Assembly (NCBI GenBank): GCA_963422435.1
Contig: OY729511.1
Span: 728,103 to 792,102, forward strand
DNA length: 64,000 nucleotides
Source: Candidatus Binatia bacterium
GTDB taxonomy: Bacteria > Desulfobacterota > Binatia > Bin18
Direction: 5' to 3'
Positions within the stretch are counted from its first letter, which is position 1. Every line of letters starts with the position of its first letter. The translations under genes and the position numbers were made by a program. A model generated the notes under the pieces. The model made no database searches, had not been told where the DNA came from, and was given only the letters and a program-made list of their open reading frames with translations. This document shows, one piece after another, positions 19,467 through 28,532 of this stretch.

Positions 19467-22400
19467 GTGCCCATATGTCATGTCGAAGAGCCAAAAATGA
19501 GAGCCGCCCTGGAGCCACAGATGGAAAAACACTCCCTCATACTGGACAATCGCTTACGCACAGTCGCCGATTATCTTTGCGCGCATCTGCCGGACGCCGA
19601 AGTCTTTCGCCTGGTTTCGGCGTATTTCAGCGTTTACGGCTACGAGGCACTGCAACACGAACTGAGCGGCATCAAAGACGTGCGGTTTCTCTTTGGCGAC
19701 CCCGCGTCAGCGGGCGAATTGGACCCTGGGGGGAAAGCGCCCAAATCCTTTGACCTGAGTGAAAAGGGATTGTTGCCCAACCACGCCTTGCAGCAGAAAT
19801 ACCTCGCACAGCAATGCGCCGCATGGGTACAAAGCCGGCGGGTCAAAATCCGGTCCATCAGCCAAGCCAATTTTCTGCACGGCAAGATGTATCTCACCGA
19901 ATCCGCGGACGCCGTTGGCTCAGTAGTGGTGGGGAGTTCCAACTTCACCCGGCGCGGGCTGGGCTGTGGCGCGGGCGCGAATCTGGAGATCAATCTGGCG
20001 ACTAGCGATAGGGAATCCTACGCTGAGTTACAAAAGTGGTTTGATGCGCTTTGGGCAGACAAGGAGTTGACCAGGGATGTCAAGCAAGCCGTCCTGGACG
20101 CGCTGAATCGCATAGGCCGAGACCACGCGCCTGAACTCGTCTATTACAAAACCCTGTACGCGCTGTTCCGGGATGACATCGAAGCCAGAAGGGACGGCGA
20201 AAGACAACTGGCGGATGCACACCTGTACGACACCGCAATCTGGAACGCGCTGTACGACTTCCAAAAAGACGGTGCCAAAAGCGCCATTGCCCGCCTGTTG
20301 CGGCACAACGGCTGCATCTTGGCCGACAGCGTCGGGCTGGGGAAAACCTATACGGCGTTGGCGGTCATCAGGTTCTTTGAACTGAGAAATGAACGGGTAC
20401 TGGTCTTATGTCCCAAAAAACTGCGCGACAATTGGGCACTCTATCCGGATTACACCGCAAATACGAACAACCCTTTTGACAAGGATCGCTTCGGTTACAC
20501 GCTGTTGTCACACACCGATTTGTCCCGCGACCAAGGCAAAGCCGGGGATGTTGATCTGGCCCAGTTCAACTGGCGCAATTTTGACTTGGTCGTCATTGAC
20601 GAATCGCATAACTTTCGCAATGCCAGCGTAAGCCGTCGGGACGAAGCAGGCAGAATCATCCGCCTCAGCCGCTACGAGCGACTCCTCGAAGAAGTCATCA
20701 GACAAGGGGCCAAAACAAAGGTACTGATGCTTTCGGCCACACCGGTCAACACCTCGCTCATAGACCTGCGCAATCAGGTCTATCTGATGACCGAAAAGCG
20801 TGAGGACGTTTTCCGGGACAGTTTGGGCATCGGCCACATCGGCGCTCTACTCGGGCAGGCGCAAAAGGCGTTTCAGAAGTGGGAAGAGGACGGCCAAAAA
20901 GACAAGACGGCGCTGCTGGAAAAATTGGGTGCCGATTTTTTTCGTTTACTCGGGGGTGTTTCCATTTCCCGCTCGCGGCGGCAGATCAAAAAATTCTACG
21001 CCGAGGAAATGAGCCGTATCGGCGAGTTCCCAACCCGCCAAAAACCGCAAAATTATTATCCGCCAACCGATTTGCAAGGCGTTTTATCCTACACGGATTT
21101 GTCCGAGCAGATAGAGCAATTCGCCCTGTCCATCTACCGGCCCTCCACCTACGTTGCCAGCGAACAGGCAAAGCAGCGCTTGGCCAAAGAAAAGCAAGAG
21201 CAACACTTCAATCAGCTAGACCGCGAACGCTTTTTGATCGGTATGATGCGGGTGAACTTTCTGAAACGGCTGGAGAGCTCGGCCCACTCGCTCACGGAAA
21301 CGCTCAGTCGCGCTATTGGCAAAATAGACGCCCTGCTGAAAAAGATAGAACGGTACGAACAGCAACAGACCCTACAGGACGCCCAAGCCGACATCCTGCC
21401 GGACGACGATGAAGACGACGAGGACTTTCTGATCAATCGGGCGCGGAACCCGTATCACCTCCAGGAATTGGATCTGCCGCGTTGGAAAACGGACTTGCTG
21501 AAAGATAGGGAGACCCTGACAGGAGCGTGGAAAAAGGTTGCAGCCATTGCGCCCGAGCGAGACGGCAAGCTACAGGAGCTTCGGAAGCATATCCGTGAAA
21601 AGACGGAGAACCCGACGACCGACCAAGACGGCAATCCCAATCGCAAGCTGCTGGTATTCACCACCTTCAAGGATACCGCCCGATACCTGTACACACACCT
21701 GTCGGATGTCGCCACGGAATTAGGCCTGAGCATGGTGATGGTCGCCGGGGATACAACGCAAACTACCTTTGGCGACAACAACTTTAACGCAATTCTGACC
21801 AACTTCGCACCGCGGGCACGCGGACGCACCGAGGGCACGAGCGGCGAAATCGATGTGCTGATTGCCACCGACTGCATTTCGGAGGGGCAGAATCTTCAGG
21901 ACTGCGACACGGTCTTGAACTACGACATCCATTGGAATCCGGTGCGTCTCATTCAGCGCTTCGGGCGGGTTGACCGCATCGGCAGCCGTCACAAGTCGAT
22001 ACGGATGCTCAACTACTGGCCGACCAAAGACATGGAGGTGTATTTGCGCCTGCAAAGTCGCGTGGAGGCCCGCATGGCCTTGGCGGACGCGGCGGCCAGC
22101 GGCAACGATGACCCGTTGAACGAGTCCACCTTTGAGCAGGCCCAGATGGAACTGAATTTCCGCGACCAGCAATTGCAACAACTGCGCCAAGAGGTGCTGG
22201 ACTTGGACGATTTGTCCGACGGCGTGGTCATGAGCGATTTTACCTTGGATTACTTCTTTGCCCAACTGCTGCGCTATCTGGAGAAAAACAAGGCGGAATT
22301 GGAAGCGACCCCTAACGGCGCATACGCGGTCACACAAGGCGAGGACAATACTATAAGACCGGGGGTGCTGTTTTTTCTGCGTCAGCGCAACGCGAGTGCG

Positions 22401-22799
22401 GACAAACAAGAAAAAATCGCCAGCCCAATTCATCCGTATTATGCGGTGTATATCCGCAACAGCGGCGACATTCGCTATAGTTGCGCCAACGCCCGACAGG
22501 TGTTGGAGGTATTTGAAGCGTCGGCAATTGGCAAGACCAAACCGCTGCAAAGGCTGTGCGACCAGTTTGACCGCGAAATTCAGAACGGCACTGACATGAG
22601 CCATTATGATAAACTGTTGGACGCAGTGATTACCCACATCAGCAGGGCAAACACCACAACCCAAATAACACATCTGGGGATTGGCGGTCAGCGCGACATC
22701 AAACTGCCCGTGCAATCCGCCAGTCCGAGCAACGGCGATTTCGAGTTGGTCACGTGGCTCGTTGTGCTTGAACCACGGGCTGACCCCAGGGCAAAATAA
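19467..22799 (+). CDS. PLD(HKD)-family nuclease domain fused to SNF2-family helicase
   Basis: N-terminal HKD-like motif FLHGKMYLTE....GSSNFT. SNF2 motifs: I ILADSVGLGKTYTA, II LVVIDESHNFRN, III LMLSATPVNT, V/VI VLIATDCISEGQNLQD...QRFGRVDRIGS. GTG start at 19467; alternative ATG at 19497. Confidence 0.85.
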   Translation: MPICHVEEPKMRAALEPQMEKHSLILDNRLRTVADYLCAHLPDAEVFRLVSAYFSVYGYEALQHELSGIKDVRFLFGDPASAGELDPGGKAPKSFDLSEKGLLPNHALQQKYLAQQCAAWVQSRRVKIRSISQANFLHGKMYLTESADAVGSVVVGSSNFTRRGLGCGAGANLEINLATSDRESYAELQKWFDALWADKELTRDVKQAVLDALNRIGRDHAPELVYYKTLYALFRDDIEARRDGERQLADAHLYDTAIWNALYDFQKDGAKSAIARLLRHNGCILADSVGLGKTYTALAVIRFFELRNERVLVLCPKKLRDNWALYPDYTANTNNPFDKDRFGYTLLSHTDLSRDQGKAGDVDLAQFNWRNFDLVVIDESHNFRNASVSRRDEAGRIIRLSRYERLLEEVIRQGAKTKVLMLSATPVNTSLIDLRNQVYLMTEKREDVFRDSLGIGHIGALLGQAQKAFQKWEEDGQKDKTALLEKLGADFFRLLGGVSISRSRRQIKKFYAEEMSRIGEFPTRQKPQNYYPPTDLQGVLSYTDLSEQIEQFALSIYRPSTYVASEQAKQRLAKEKQEQHFNQLDRERFLIGMMRVNFLKRLESSAHSLTETLSRAIGKIDALLKKIERYEQQQTLQDAQADILPDDDEDDEDFLINRARNPYHLQELDLPRWKTDLLKDRETLTGAWKKVAAIAPERDGKLQELRKHIREKTENPTTDQDGNPNRKLLVFTTFKDTARYLYTHLSDVATELGLSMVMVAGDTTQTTFGDNNFNAILTNFAPRARGRTEGTSGEIDVLIATDCISEGQNLQDCDTVLNYDIHWNPVRLIQRFGRVDRIGSRHKSIRMLNYWPTKDMEVYLRLQSRVEARMALADAAASGNDDPLNESTFEQAQMELNFRDQQLQQLRQEVLDLDDLSDGVVMSDFTLDYFFAQLLRYLEKNKAELEATPNGAYAVTQGEDNTIRPGVLFFLRQRNASADKQEKIASPIHPYYAVYIRNSGDIRYSCANARQVLEVFEASAIGKTKPLQRLCDQFDREIQNGTDMSHYDKLLDAVITHISRANTTTQITHLGIGGQRDIKLPVQSASPSNGDFELVTWLVVLEPRADPRAK

Positions 22800-22813
22800 G
22801 CGGGGTCATCACC

Positions 22814-23095
22814 ATGCTGTATTTTACAGACGAAGAACTGCTGCAAATCATCGCAGCCGGCGAATCCGACCGCGTCGAGTTCAAGGAGTCTTTATCCGGC
22901 GACGCCGCCACCAGAATCAGGGAAGCCATCTGCGCCTTTGCCAACGATTTGGCCGGTCACGACAAACCCGGTTTTGTGTTCGTAGGCGTGAAGGACGACC
23001 GAACAATGGGTGATCTCGTTGCCGCCACCGACGCCCGCAGGGCTTTGGCGACAAAGATAGTGCACAAAATCGGGCTTGGCCCGGGTCTCGAATAA
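22814..23095 (+). pseudogene. AlbA_2 (Schlafen-like DNA-binding) domain fragment
   Basis: ESDRVEFKESL...ICAFANDLAGHDKPGFVFVGVKDD matches the AlbA_2 N-terminal domain. Only 93 aa, and it overlaps the start of the downstream methyltransferase. Confidence 0.45.
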
Positions 23096-23117
23096 CCCGC
23101 CTCACAAAAGAAGCAAC

Positions 23118-26100
23118 ATGGACCGAGCAAAAGGGCATAGACGCACTGACACGCTGGTAGAAGCGGTGAAAGCCGGCCTTGCGACAATGCCAACTGACGA
23201 TGTATTGACAACGGCTCAAAACCTGCTCGGGGTTCTGGGCTACCGGAGCAGCCGCACGCTGCACGGCCAGTCCGGCAATGTTGACGACTTCATCGGGCAG
23301 TTCCCCGCTCCCAAGTCCAACACGGCGACCGAACAGGCGTTCCGCGAAAATGTCCAATCCGTACAGTTCGTCTTTCAACTCACAAGTGATGAAATTGCCT
23401 CAGCCAAGCCGCCAACGCCCGGGCTTGAGACCGCTTCCTTTGACACAGGACACCCGCAGAGTTTTTTCTTTTTCGCCGTTGAGTTGAAGGAAGCCAACTA
23501 CGCCCGGAGCAAATACGCCGAGTTCACGCGCGAGCTGAACAAGCGACTGATTGCGCCAACGGTGGTGCTTTTCACAACACAACAAGGTCGTCTCACGTTG
23601 GCTTTTGTTCACCGCCGGCAACACAAACATGACCCGAGCCGTGATGTATTGGGCAGTGTGTCGCTGGTGCGTGACATCAATCCAACTCAGCCGCACCGCG
23701 CCCACCTGGACATCCTGGCCGAACTGTCGCTGGAACATCTTCTGTCTTGGATGAGCGACCACAACAAGCCCCATGATTTCGATGGCCTGTTAGCGGCCTG
23801 GCTCAACGCCCTGAATACCGAAGCCCTTAACAAACGGTTCTACACCGAGCTGTTCGACTGGTTCGAGTGGACGGTAGGCGAGGCGACCTTCCCGACCCAA
23901 GAACAGAAAGTCTTGCCACCCGAAGAGCATAGTATTCGCCTCATTACTCGCCTGCTGTTTGTCTGGTTCATCAAGGAGAAAAGGCTGATTGCGGAGGATT
24001 TGTTCAACGAGACGAAAATTGCAGACCTGTTAAAAAACTACGACCGCGACACGGGCGATTCGTACTACCGCGCCGTGCTGCAAAACCTGTTTTTCGCCAC
24101 CCTGAACACCGAGATAGACAAGCGCGGCTTCAGCAAAGAGAAAGACTCTACCCACCGCAATTTTTCGCTGTACCGCTACAAGTCGGAGATAAGCGACCCG
24201 GAAAAACTGCTGGCCTTATTCGCCCGAACACCATTCATCAACGGTGGTTTATTCGACTGTCTGGACAGCGAAGAAGGCATCCGGGACGGCGGCTACCGGA
24301 TTGACTGCTTTTCTGACAACGAGCGGCATTACACCAAGTTGAGCCTTCCCAACCGTCTGTTCTTTGGCGAACATGGGCTGATTCCCCTGTTCAACCGCTA
24401 CAAGTTCACGGTGGAGGAGAACACGCCGGTCGAGCAGGAAGTGGCGCTAGACCCGGAGCTTCTGGGCAAGGTGTTCGAGAATCTGCTGGCCGCCTACAAC
24501 CCGGAAACCCGCCAAACCGCCCGCAAGCAGACCGGCTCGTATTACACGCCGCGCCCGGTAGTGGACTACATGGTGGACGAGGCTCTGCTGGCATCGCTCG
24601 CGCAGCAATGCCGGCCAACCGACGGTGCCGCCACGTTCTGGCAGGAGCGGCTGCGGTATCTCTTGAATTATGAGGACGCTTTCAGCGATGCAGACGAACT
24701 GTTTGACAAGGACGAAGCAGCAGGTATCGTGCGCACCATTGCGGGCCTCAAGATACTCGACCCGGCGGTTGGCTCTGGCGCTTTTCCGATGGGTGTCTTG
24801 CACAAGCTGACCTTGGCGTTGAGAAGAATCGACCCCGACAACACCCGCTGGGCAACTCTGCAAAAAGAACGCGCCCGAGAAAAGGCGGACGCAGCGTTCG
24901 AGACCAAAGACCGGCACGAGCGCGATGCTGAACTGCTGGAAATCAGCGAGACCTTTGAAAAGTATGCAGGCGACTTCGGGCGCAAGCTGTACCTGATTCA
25001 AAACAGCATCTTCGGCGTGGACATTCAGCCCATCGCCTGTCAGATTGCCAAGCTGCGCTTTTTCATCTCGCTGGCGATTGAACAGGAAGCCAACAACAAC
25101 CCCAACGACAACTACGGCATCAAGCCTCTGCCCAATCTGGAAACGCGCTTCATCGCCGCGGATACGCTGCTGAAGCTCAGCGGTGAGCGGATGCTGACCA
25201 GCGAAAAAGCGCAGATTTTGGAGCATCAGTTGCTTGAAAACCGCGAGCGGCATTTTCATGCCACCACGCGCCAGAAGAAACTGGCTTACAAAAAAGAAGA
25301 CAAGCGATTGCGCGGAGAATTGGCGCAGGCATTAGAAAGCCTTGGATTTCCCACGGATGACGCCAACAAAATCGCCCACTGGGACCCCTACGATCAGAAT
25401 GCAACGGCGGCTTGGTTCGATGCCGAATATATGTTTGGCGTGACCGGCGGCTTCGACGTGGTGCTGGGCAATCCGCCGTATATCCAGTTGCAGAAGAACG
25501 GCGGCACATTGGGCAGGAAATACGCGGGGCAGGACTTTCAAACCTTTGTTCGCTCCGGGGACATTTACCAGTTGTTCTATGAACGTGCCGGTCAACTGCT
25601 GAGCGACCAAGGGCACCTGTGCTTCATTACGTCCAATAGCTGGTTGAAGGCCAAATACGGCGAGAAGCTGCGCCGCTACTTCACAGACAAGCACACGCCC
25701 ATGAAACTGCTGGAAATGGGTAAGGACATCTTTGAAAACGCCATTGTGGATAACAACATCCTGCTGGTCAGAGCCGGCAAGAGCGATACCGTCGGCAGCG
25801 CCGTTGACGTGGAACGCCTGCCCGACCAAACCTTCCCGCCGGCTGAAAAACTCTGGGGTAAACTCCGGCTCCGAGACAGCGAGCCGTGGATGGCACTGTC
25901 TGCCGTCGAGCGGGGCATCATGGACAAGATGCAGGCCATCGGTACGCCGCTGAAAGAATGGGATATTGCCATTAACTACGGAATAAAAACCGGCTACAAC
26001 GCCGCGTTTATCGTCGATAAAAAGACCAAAAACGCACTGGTTGCCGAAGACCCCAGGTCGGAAGAGCTACTGAAACCGATTCTGCGCGGAAGGGATATCA

Positions 26101-26588
26101 AGCGCTATCGGGTGGAATGGGCGAGACTGTGGGTGATTGATTCACACAACGGTTACGGCGATGTGCCGCCAATCAATGTTGATGATTATATCGCCATCAA
26201 GCGGCATCTGGATCAATTCTATCCTCAGTTGAAAAAGCGGCAAGATAAGGGAATAACGCCGTACAATCTGCGCCATTGTGCTTACCACGAAGAGTTTCTG
26301 CGCGATAAGCTCGTTTGGATGGATCTGTCGCCACAAGGCCGGTTCGCCTACTCCAACGAGGAAGTGTATTGCAACAATAAGGCGTTCCTGATGATAGGTT
26401 TTCCGTTGAAATATCTCTGCGCGGTGTTGAACAGCACCATTGTCACTTGGCTGGTCAATAAAACTGCTCGGACAACCGGAGTCGGATTAACACAATGGGA
26501 AAAATTCACCGTCGAAGCTATCCCTATCCCCAACATCCCTGCCATAGAGCAACACCCGTTCATCCGCTTGATTGACCGTATCCTGTAA
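23118..26588 (+). CDS. MmeI / PglX-like large N6-adenine DNA methyltransferase (Type IIL/IIG-like)
   Basis: Motif X TGSYYTPRPVVDYMV, motif I LKILDPAVGSGAFP, motif IV VVLGNPPYIQ. FINGGLFD as in MmeI. N-terminal D-x12-ELK arrangement (FDTGHPQSFFFFAVELK) resembles the MmeI PD-ExK. ORF ends at TAA 26586-26588, though the conserved C-terminal tail continues in frame. Confidence 0.85.
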   Translation: MDRAKGHRRTDTLVEAVKAGLATMPTDDVLTTAQNLLGVLGYRSSRTLHGQSGNVDDFIGQFPAPKSNTATEQAFRENVQSVQFVFQLTSDEIASAKPPTPGLETASFDTGHPQSFFFFAVELKEANYARSKYAEFTRELNKRLIAPTVVLFTTQQGRLTLAFVHRRQHKHDPSRDVLGSVSLVRDINPTQPHRAHLDILAELSLEHLLSWMSDHNKPHDFDGLLAAWLNALNTEALNKRFYTELFDWFEWTVGEATFPTQEQKVLPPEEHSIRLITRLLFVWFIKEKRLIAEDLFNETKIADLLKNYDRDTGDSYYRAVLQNLFFATLNTEIDKRGFSKEKDSTHRNFSLYRYKSEISDPEKLLALFARTPFINGGLFDCLDSEEGIRDGGYRIDCFSDNERHYTKLSLPNRLFFGEHGLIPLFNRYKFTVEENTPVEQEVALDPELLGKVFENLLAAYNPETRQTARKQTGSYYTPRPVVDYMVDEALLASLAQQCRPTDGAATFWQERLRYLLNYEDAFSDADELFDKDEAAGIVRTIAGLKILDPAVGSGAFPMGVLHKLTLALRRIDPDNTRWATLQKERAREKADAAFETKDRHERDAELLEISETFEKYAGDFGRKLYLIQNSIFGVDIQPIACQIAKLRFFISLAIEQEANNNPNDNYGIKPLPNLETRFIAADTLLKLSGERMLTSEKAQILEHQLLENRERHFHATTRQKKLAYKKEDKRLRGELAQALESLGFPTDDANKIAHWDPYDQNATAAWFDAEYMFGVTGGFDVVLGNPPYIQLQKNGGTLGRKYAGQDFQTFVRSGDIYQLFYERAGQLLSDQGHLCFITSNSWLKAKYGEKLRRYFTDKHTPMKLLEMGKDIFENAIVDNNILLVRAGKSDTVGSAVDVERLPDQTFPPAEKLWGKLRLRDSEPWMALSAVERGIMDKMQAIGTPLKEWDIAINYGIKTGYNAAFIVDKKTKNALVAEDPRSEELLKPILRGRDIKRYRVEWARLWVIDSHNGYGDVPPINVDDYIAIKRHLDQFYPQLKKRQDKGITPYNLRHCAYHEEFLRDKLVWMDLSPQGRFAYSNEEVYCNNKAFLMIGFPLKYLCAVLNSTIVTWLVNKTARTTGVGLTQWEKFTVEAIPIPNIPAIEQHPFIRLIDRIL

Positions 26589-26708
26589 GCCAAAGCCGAC
26601 AACCCATCCGCGGATGCCAGCGAGCAGGAAGCGGAGATCAACCGGCTGGTGTATGGGCTATATGACCTGACGGAGGAAGAGATTAAACTTGTGGAGCAGA
26701 TGAGATAG
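26589..26708 (+). pseudogene. in-frame continuation (conserved methyltransferase C-terminal tail) cut off by the premature TAA
   Basis: AKADNPSADASEQEAEINRLVYGLYDLTEEEIKLVEQMR-TAG matches the ...EAEIDRLVYxLYGLTEEEIxIVE tail typical of Type I/IIG methyltransferases. Confidence 0.55.
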
Positions 26709-26755
26709 GATAAGCCAAGAATATCAGCAAATTAAAGATAAAATTTATTCTTTTA

Positions 26756-27145
26756 CTACTTGCCCTCGTTGCTACCCGAGGTTTTGTACAAGTCATCAAA
26801 ATGCCACAACTTTTCTATTAAATACTTAAGCAAAACACCCAAGGCACTACTAATAATATCCAGTGTAAAACCCAGTCCGGTGCTTGCCTGAAAACTTCCT
26901 GATGCTATTAGCCAAATTGCTACCGCAATTAGAACTATAATTATCAAGCAAAGGAAAGCCGATGCGGCTCTTGAAAACCAGGTTTGCCAAGCGAGATGCT
27001 TGAACCGGGAAATCTCTACGGTATGGCTATGTTCCTGCTGTCGGCTTTCTAATCCTTGCTCATGCTCTTGCTTTGCAGTCCCCCTTGGAGCTTCCTGTTT
27101 CTGCTCATCCAGTCGCGGGTCTTTAATGGGGGGTCTGTCATTCAT
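26756..27145 (-). CDS. small 2-TM membrane protein (candidate toxin partner of Panacea gene)
   Basis: 129 aa. Charged N-terminus then hydrophobic helices FLCLIIIVLIAVAIWLIA and GFTLDIISSALGVLL. Its start codon abuts the stop of the upstream Panacea gene. Confidence 0.5.
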   Translation of the reverse strand: MNDRPPIKDPRLDEQKQEAPRGTAKQEHEQGLESRQQEHSHTVEISRFKHLAWQTWFSRAASAFLCLIIIVLIAVAIWLIASGSFQASTGLGFTLDIISSALGVLLKYLIEKLWHFDDLYKTSGSNEGK

Positions 27146-27608
27146 TTAGTTGCTCATGATCTGTTTGAAATGTTTCTTTATTTCTTCCCGGTTTAATTTG
27201 TTGTTTGCTTTTTGCTTAGCCGATGACCAGGGTGTGTCTGATTCATGTGTCAAATTTGAAAGGTATAAACCAGAGTAAGGAGAATAGAGGTCCCAAACCT
27301 GGCCCAGCACCCAGTGGAAATCAACATCCTCCTCAGGCACTCCCTCTCTATCCACGGGTCCATATAATTCCCAGTTTTCCTTACTGATAGGCAAGCTTCC
27401 AAAAGTTTTGCGCATGATAGATGTCCGGGAATACTGGTCCATAGGGCCAAGCCTCTGGCTCATTCTCGATTGCTGGCTGGTTAAAACACGCCAAGTGCCA
27501 TCCATGAACCAGATATGCCAGTTTTTGTAACTTAAGTGGGCTAATCGGTGTATTTTGCTCAAACGACAGCTTCAACACACTATTGGCAACTTGCAGTGCA
27601 GAATACAT
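27146..27608 (-). pseudogene. Panacea-domain (DUF4065, SocA/GepA-like) protein, frameshifted
   Basis: N-terminal frame (27608->27381) MYSALQVANSVLKL...LKLQKLAYLVHGWHLA...EAWPYGPVFPDIYHA. C-terminal frame (from ~27409 to 27146) KTFGSLPISKENWELYGPV...LSNLTHESDTPW. The two halves join at an A4/T4 homopolymer near 27397-27406. AGGAGG RBS upstream of 27608. Confidence 0.65.
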
Positions 27609-27830
27609 TCTTGATTACCTCCTAGATCGCTTGTAGCTCAGATAGGCATTGAACTCAATTCACCAGTTGAGCTATCACTGCGCGGTAAAGAGCTGATTAT
27701 TATTCCTGTGGTTCCGCCCAGCTTTGACACTGGAGGGAGTGTCGAACCAAGTCAATGCGCGCAACTTGCACGGTGAAGTAGGTATCGTGGCCATATTGTA
27801 TATGTTGACATCTGCCGATTTGAAAAACTA

Positions 27831-28010
27831 CCAATCCCTAAAATTTCCGAATCGGAACGACAATCGTTCATAGCGTTGGTGGATAAAGTAATCGCTGGTA
27901 AAGAAAGCGGGTACAGACACCATCGGATGGAAGCCGAAATCGACGCGCGGATGTATGAGCCTTACAATCTGGCGGATAAGGAGATTGCGGCTGTGGATGA
28001 GTGCAAGTGA
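27831..28010 (+). pseudogene. remnant copy 2 of methyltransferase C-terminal tail
   Basis: IPKISESERQSFIALVDKVIAGK....MEAEIDARMYEPYNLADKEIAAVDECK-TGA parallels IPNIPAIEQHPFIRLIDRIL-AKADNP...EAEINRLVYGLYDLTEEEIKLVE of the full gene. Confidence 0.5.
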
Positions 28011-28110
28011 AATCACACAAAAAGGAGGGGCAGATTGGATTTTTTGAGAAGGGGAAAAACCTTGTTCAATTTGCTGAACGCAACAGACACCCCAAAAGCA
28101 AGGACAATCC

Positions 28111-28518
28111 ATGAATGGCATGGAAAAGGTCGTCAAACACCTTGAGATGACCCAAACCGTAATCAACCGATTGGGTAATAACTCCTTCCAACTCAAAGGT
28201 TGGAGCATGACCCTCATTGTGGCCGCGATGGTACTAATTGGTCGATATGGCTTGCAGAACCCATGCATCATCCTGACGTTTATCCTCCCTATTTTGGGAT
28301 TCTGGATTCTAGATGGGTACTTCCTTTGGCAGGAGAGGTTGTTCCGACAGGTCTATGATGAAATCAGGCAGCAAGATAACACCGACTTCAAGATGGATGT
28401 GATGAAGCACAGGGACAAACCCAAATGCAGTTGGTGGTCTGCCGCATTTTCTGTCACGCTCGTTATTTTTTACGCGGTCGAATTCGTATTTATTCTTGCC
28501 ACTTTCGTCATACTTTAA
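28111..28518 (+). CDS. small 3-TM membrane protein (upstream partner of TIR-like gene)
   Basis: 135 aa. Hydrophobic helices WSMTLIVAAMVLIG, CIILTFILPILGFWIL, WWSAAFSVTLVIFYAVEFVFILATFVIL. AT-rich codon usage; 14-nt gap to next gene. Confidence 0.55.
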   Translation: MNGMEKVVKHLEMTQTVINRLGNNSFQLKGWSMTLIVAAMVLIGRYGLQNPCIILTFILPILGFWILDGYFLWQERLFRQVYDEIRQQDNTDFKMDVMKHRDKPKCSWWSAAFSVTLVIFYAVEFVFILATFVIL

Positions 28519-28532
28519 ATGGAGGCGCCAGC

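Noticed and set aside
19467-26588. Calling the helicase/MTase pair BREX or DISARM
   Set aside because: The required partners are absent in the ~15 kb either side: BrxC/PglZ/BrxA/BrxL for BREX, DrmA/DrmB for DISARM. Flanks are acyl-CoA dehydrogenase upstream and cargo islets downstream.
27828-28271. 147-aa minus-strand ORF
   Set aside because: It overlaps the + strand MTase-tail remnant and the 5-prime end of the 3-TM gene. Cys/Phe-rich nonsense composition.
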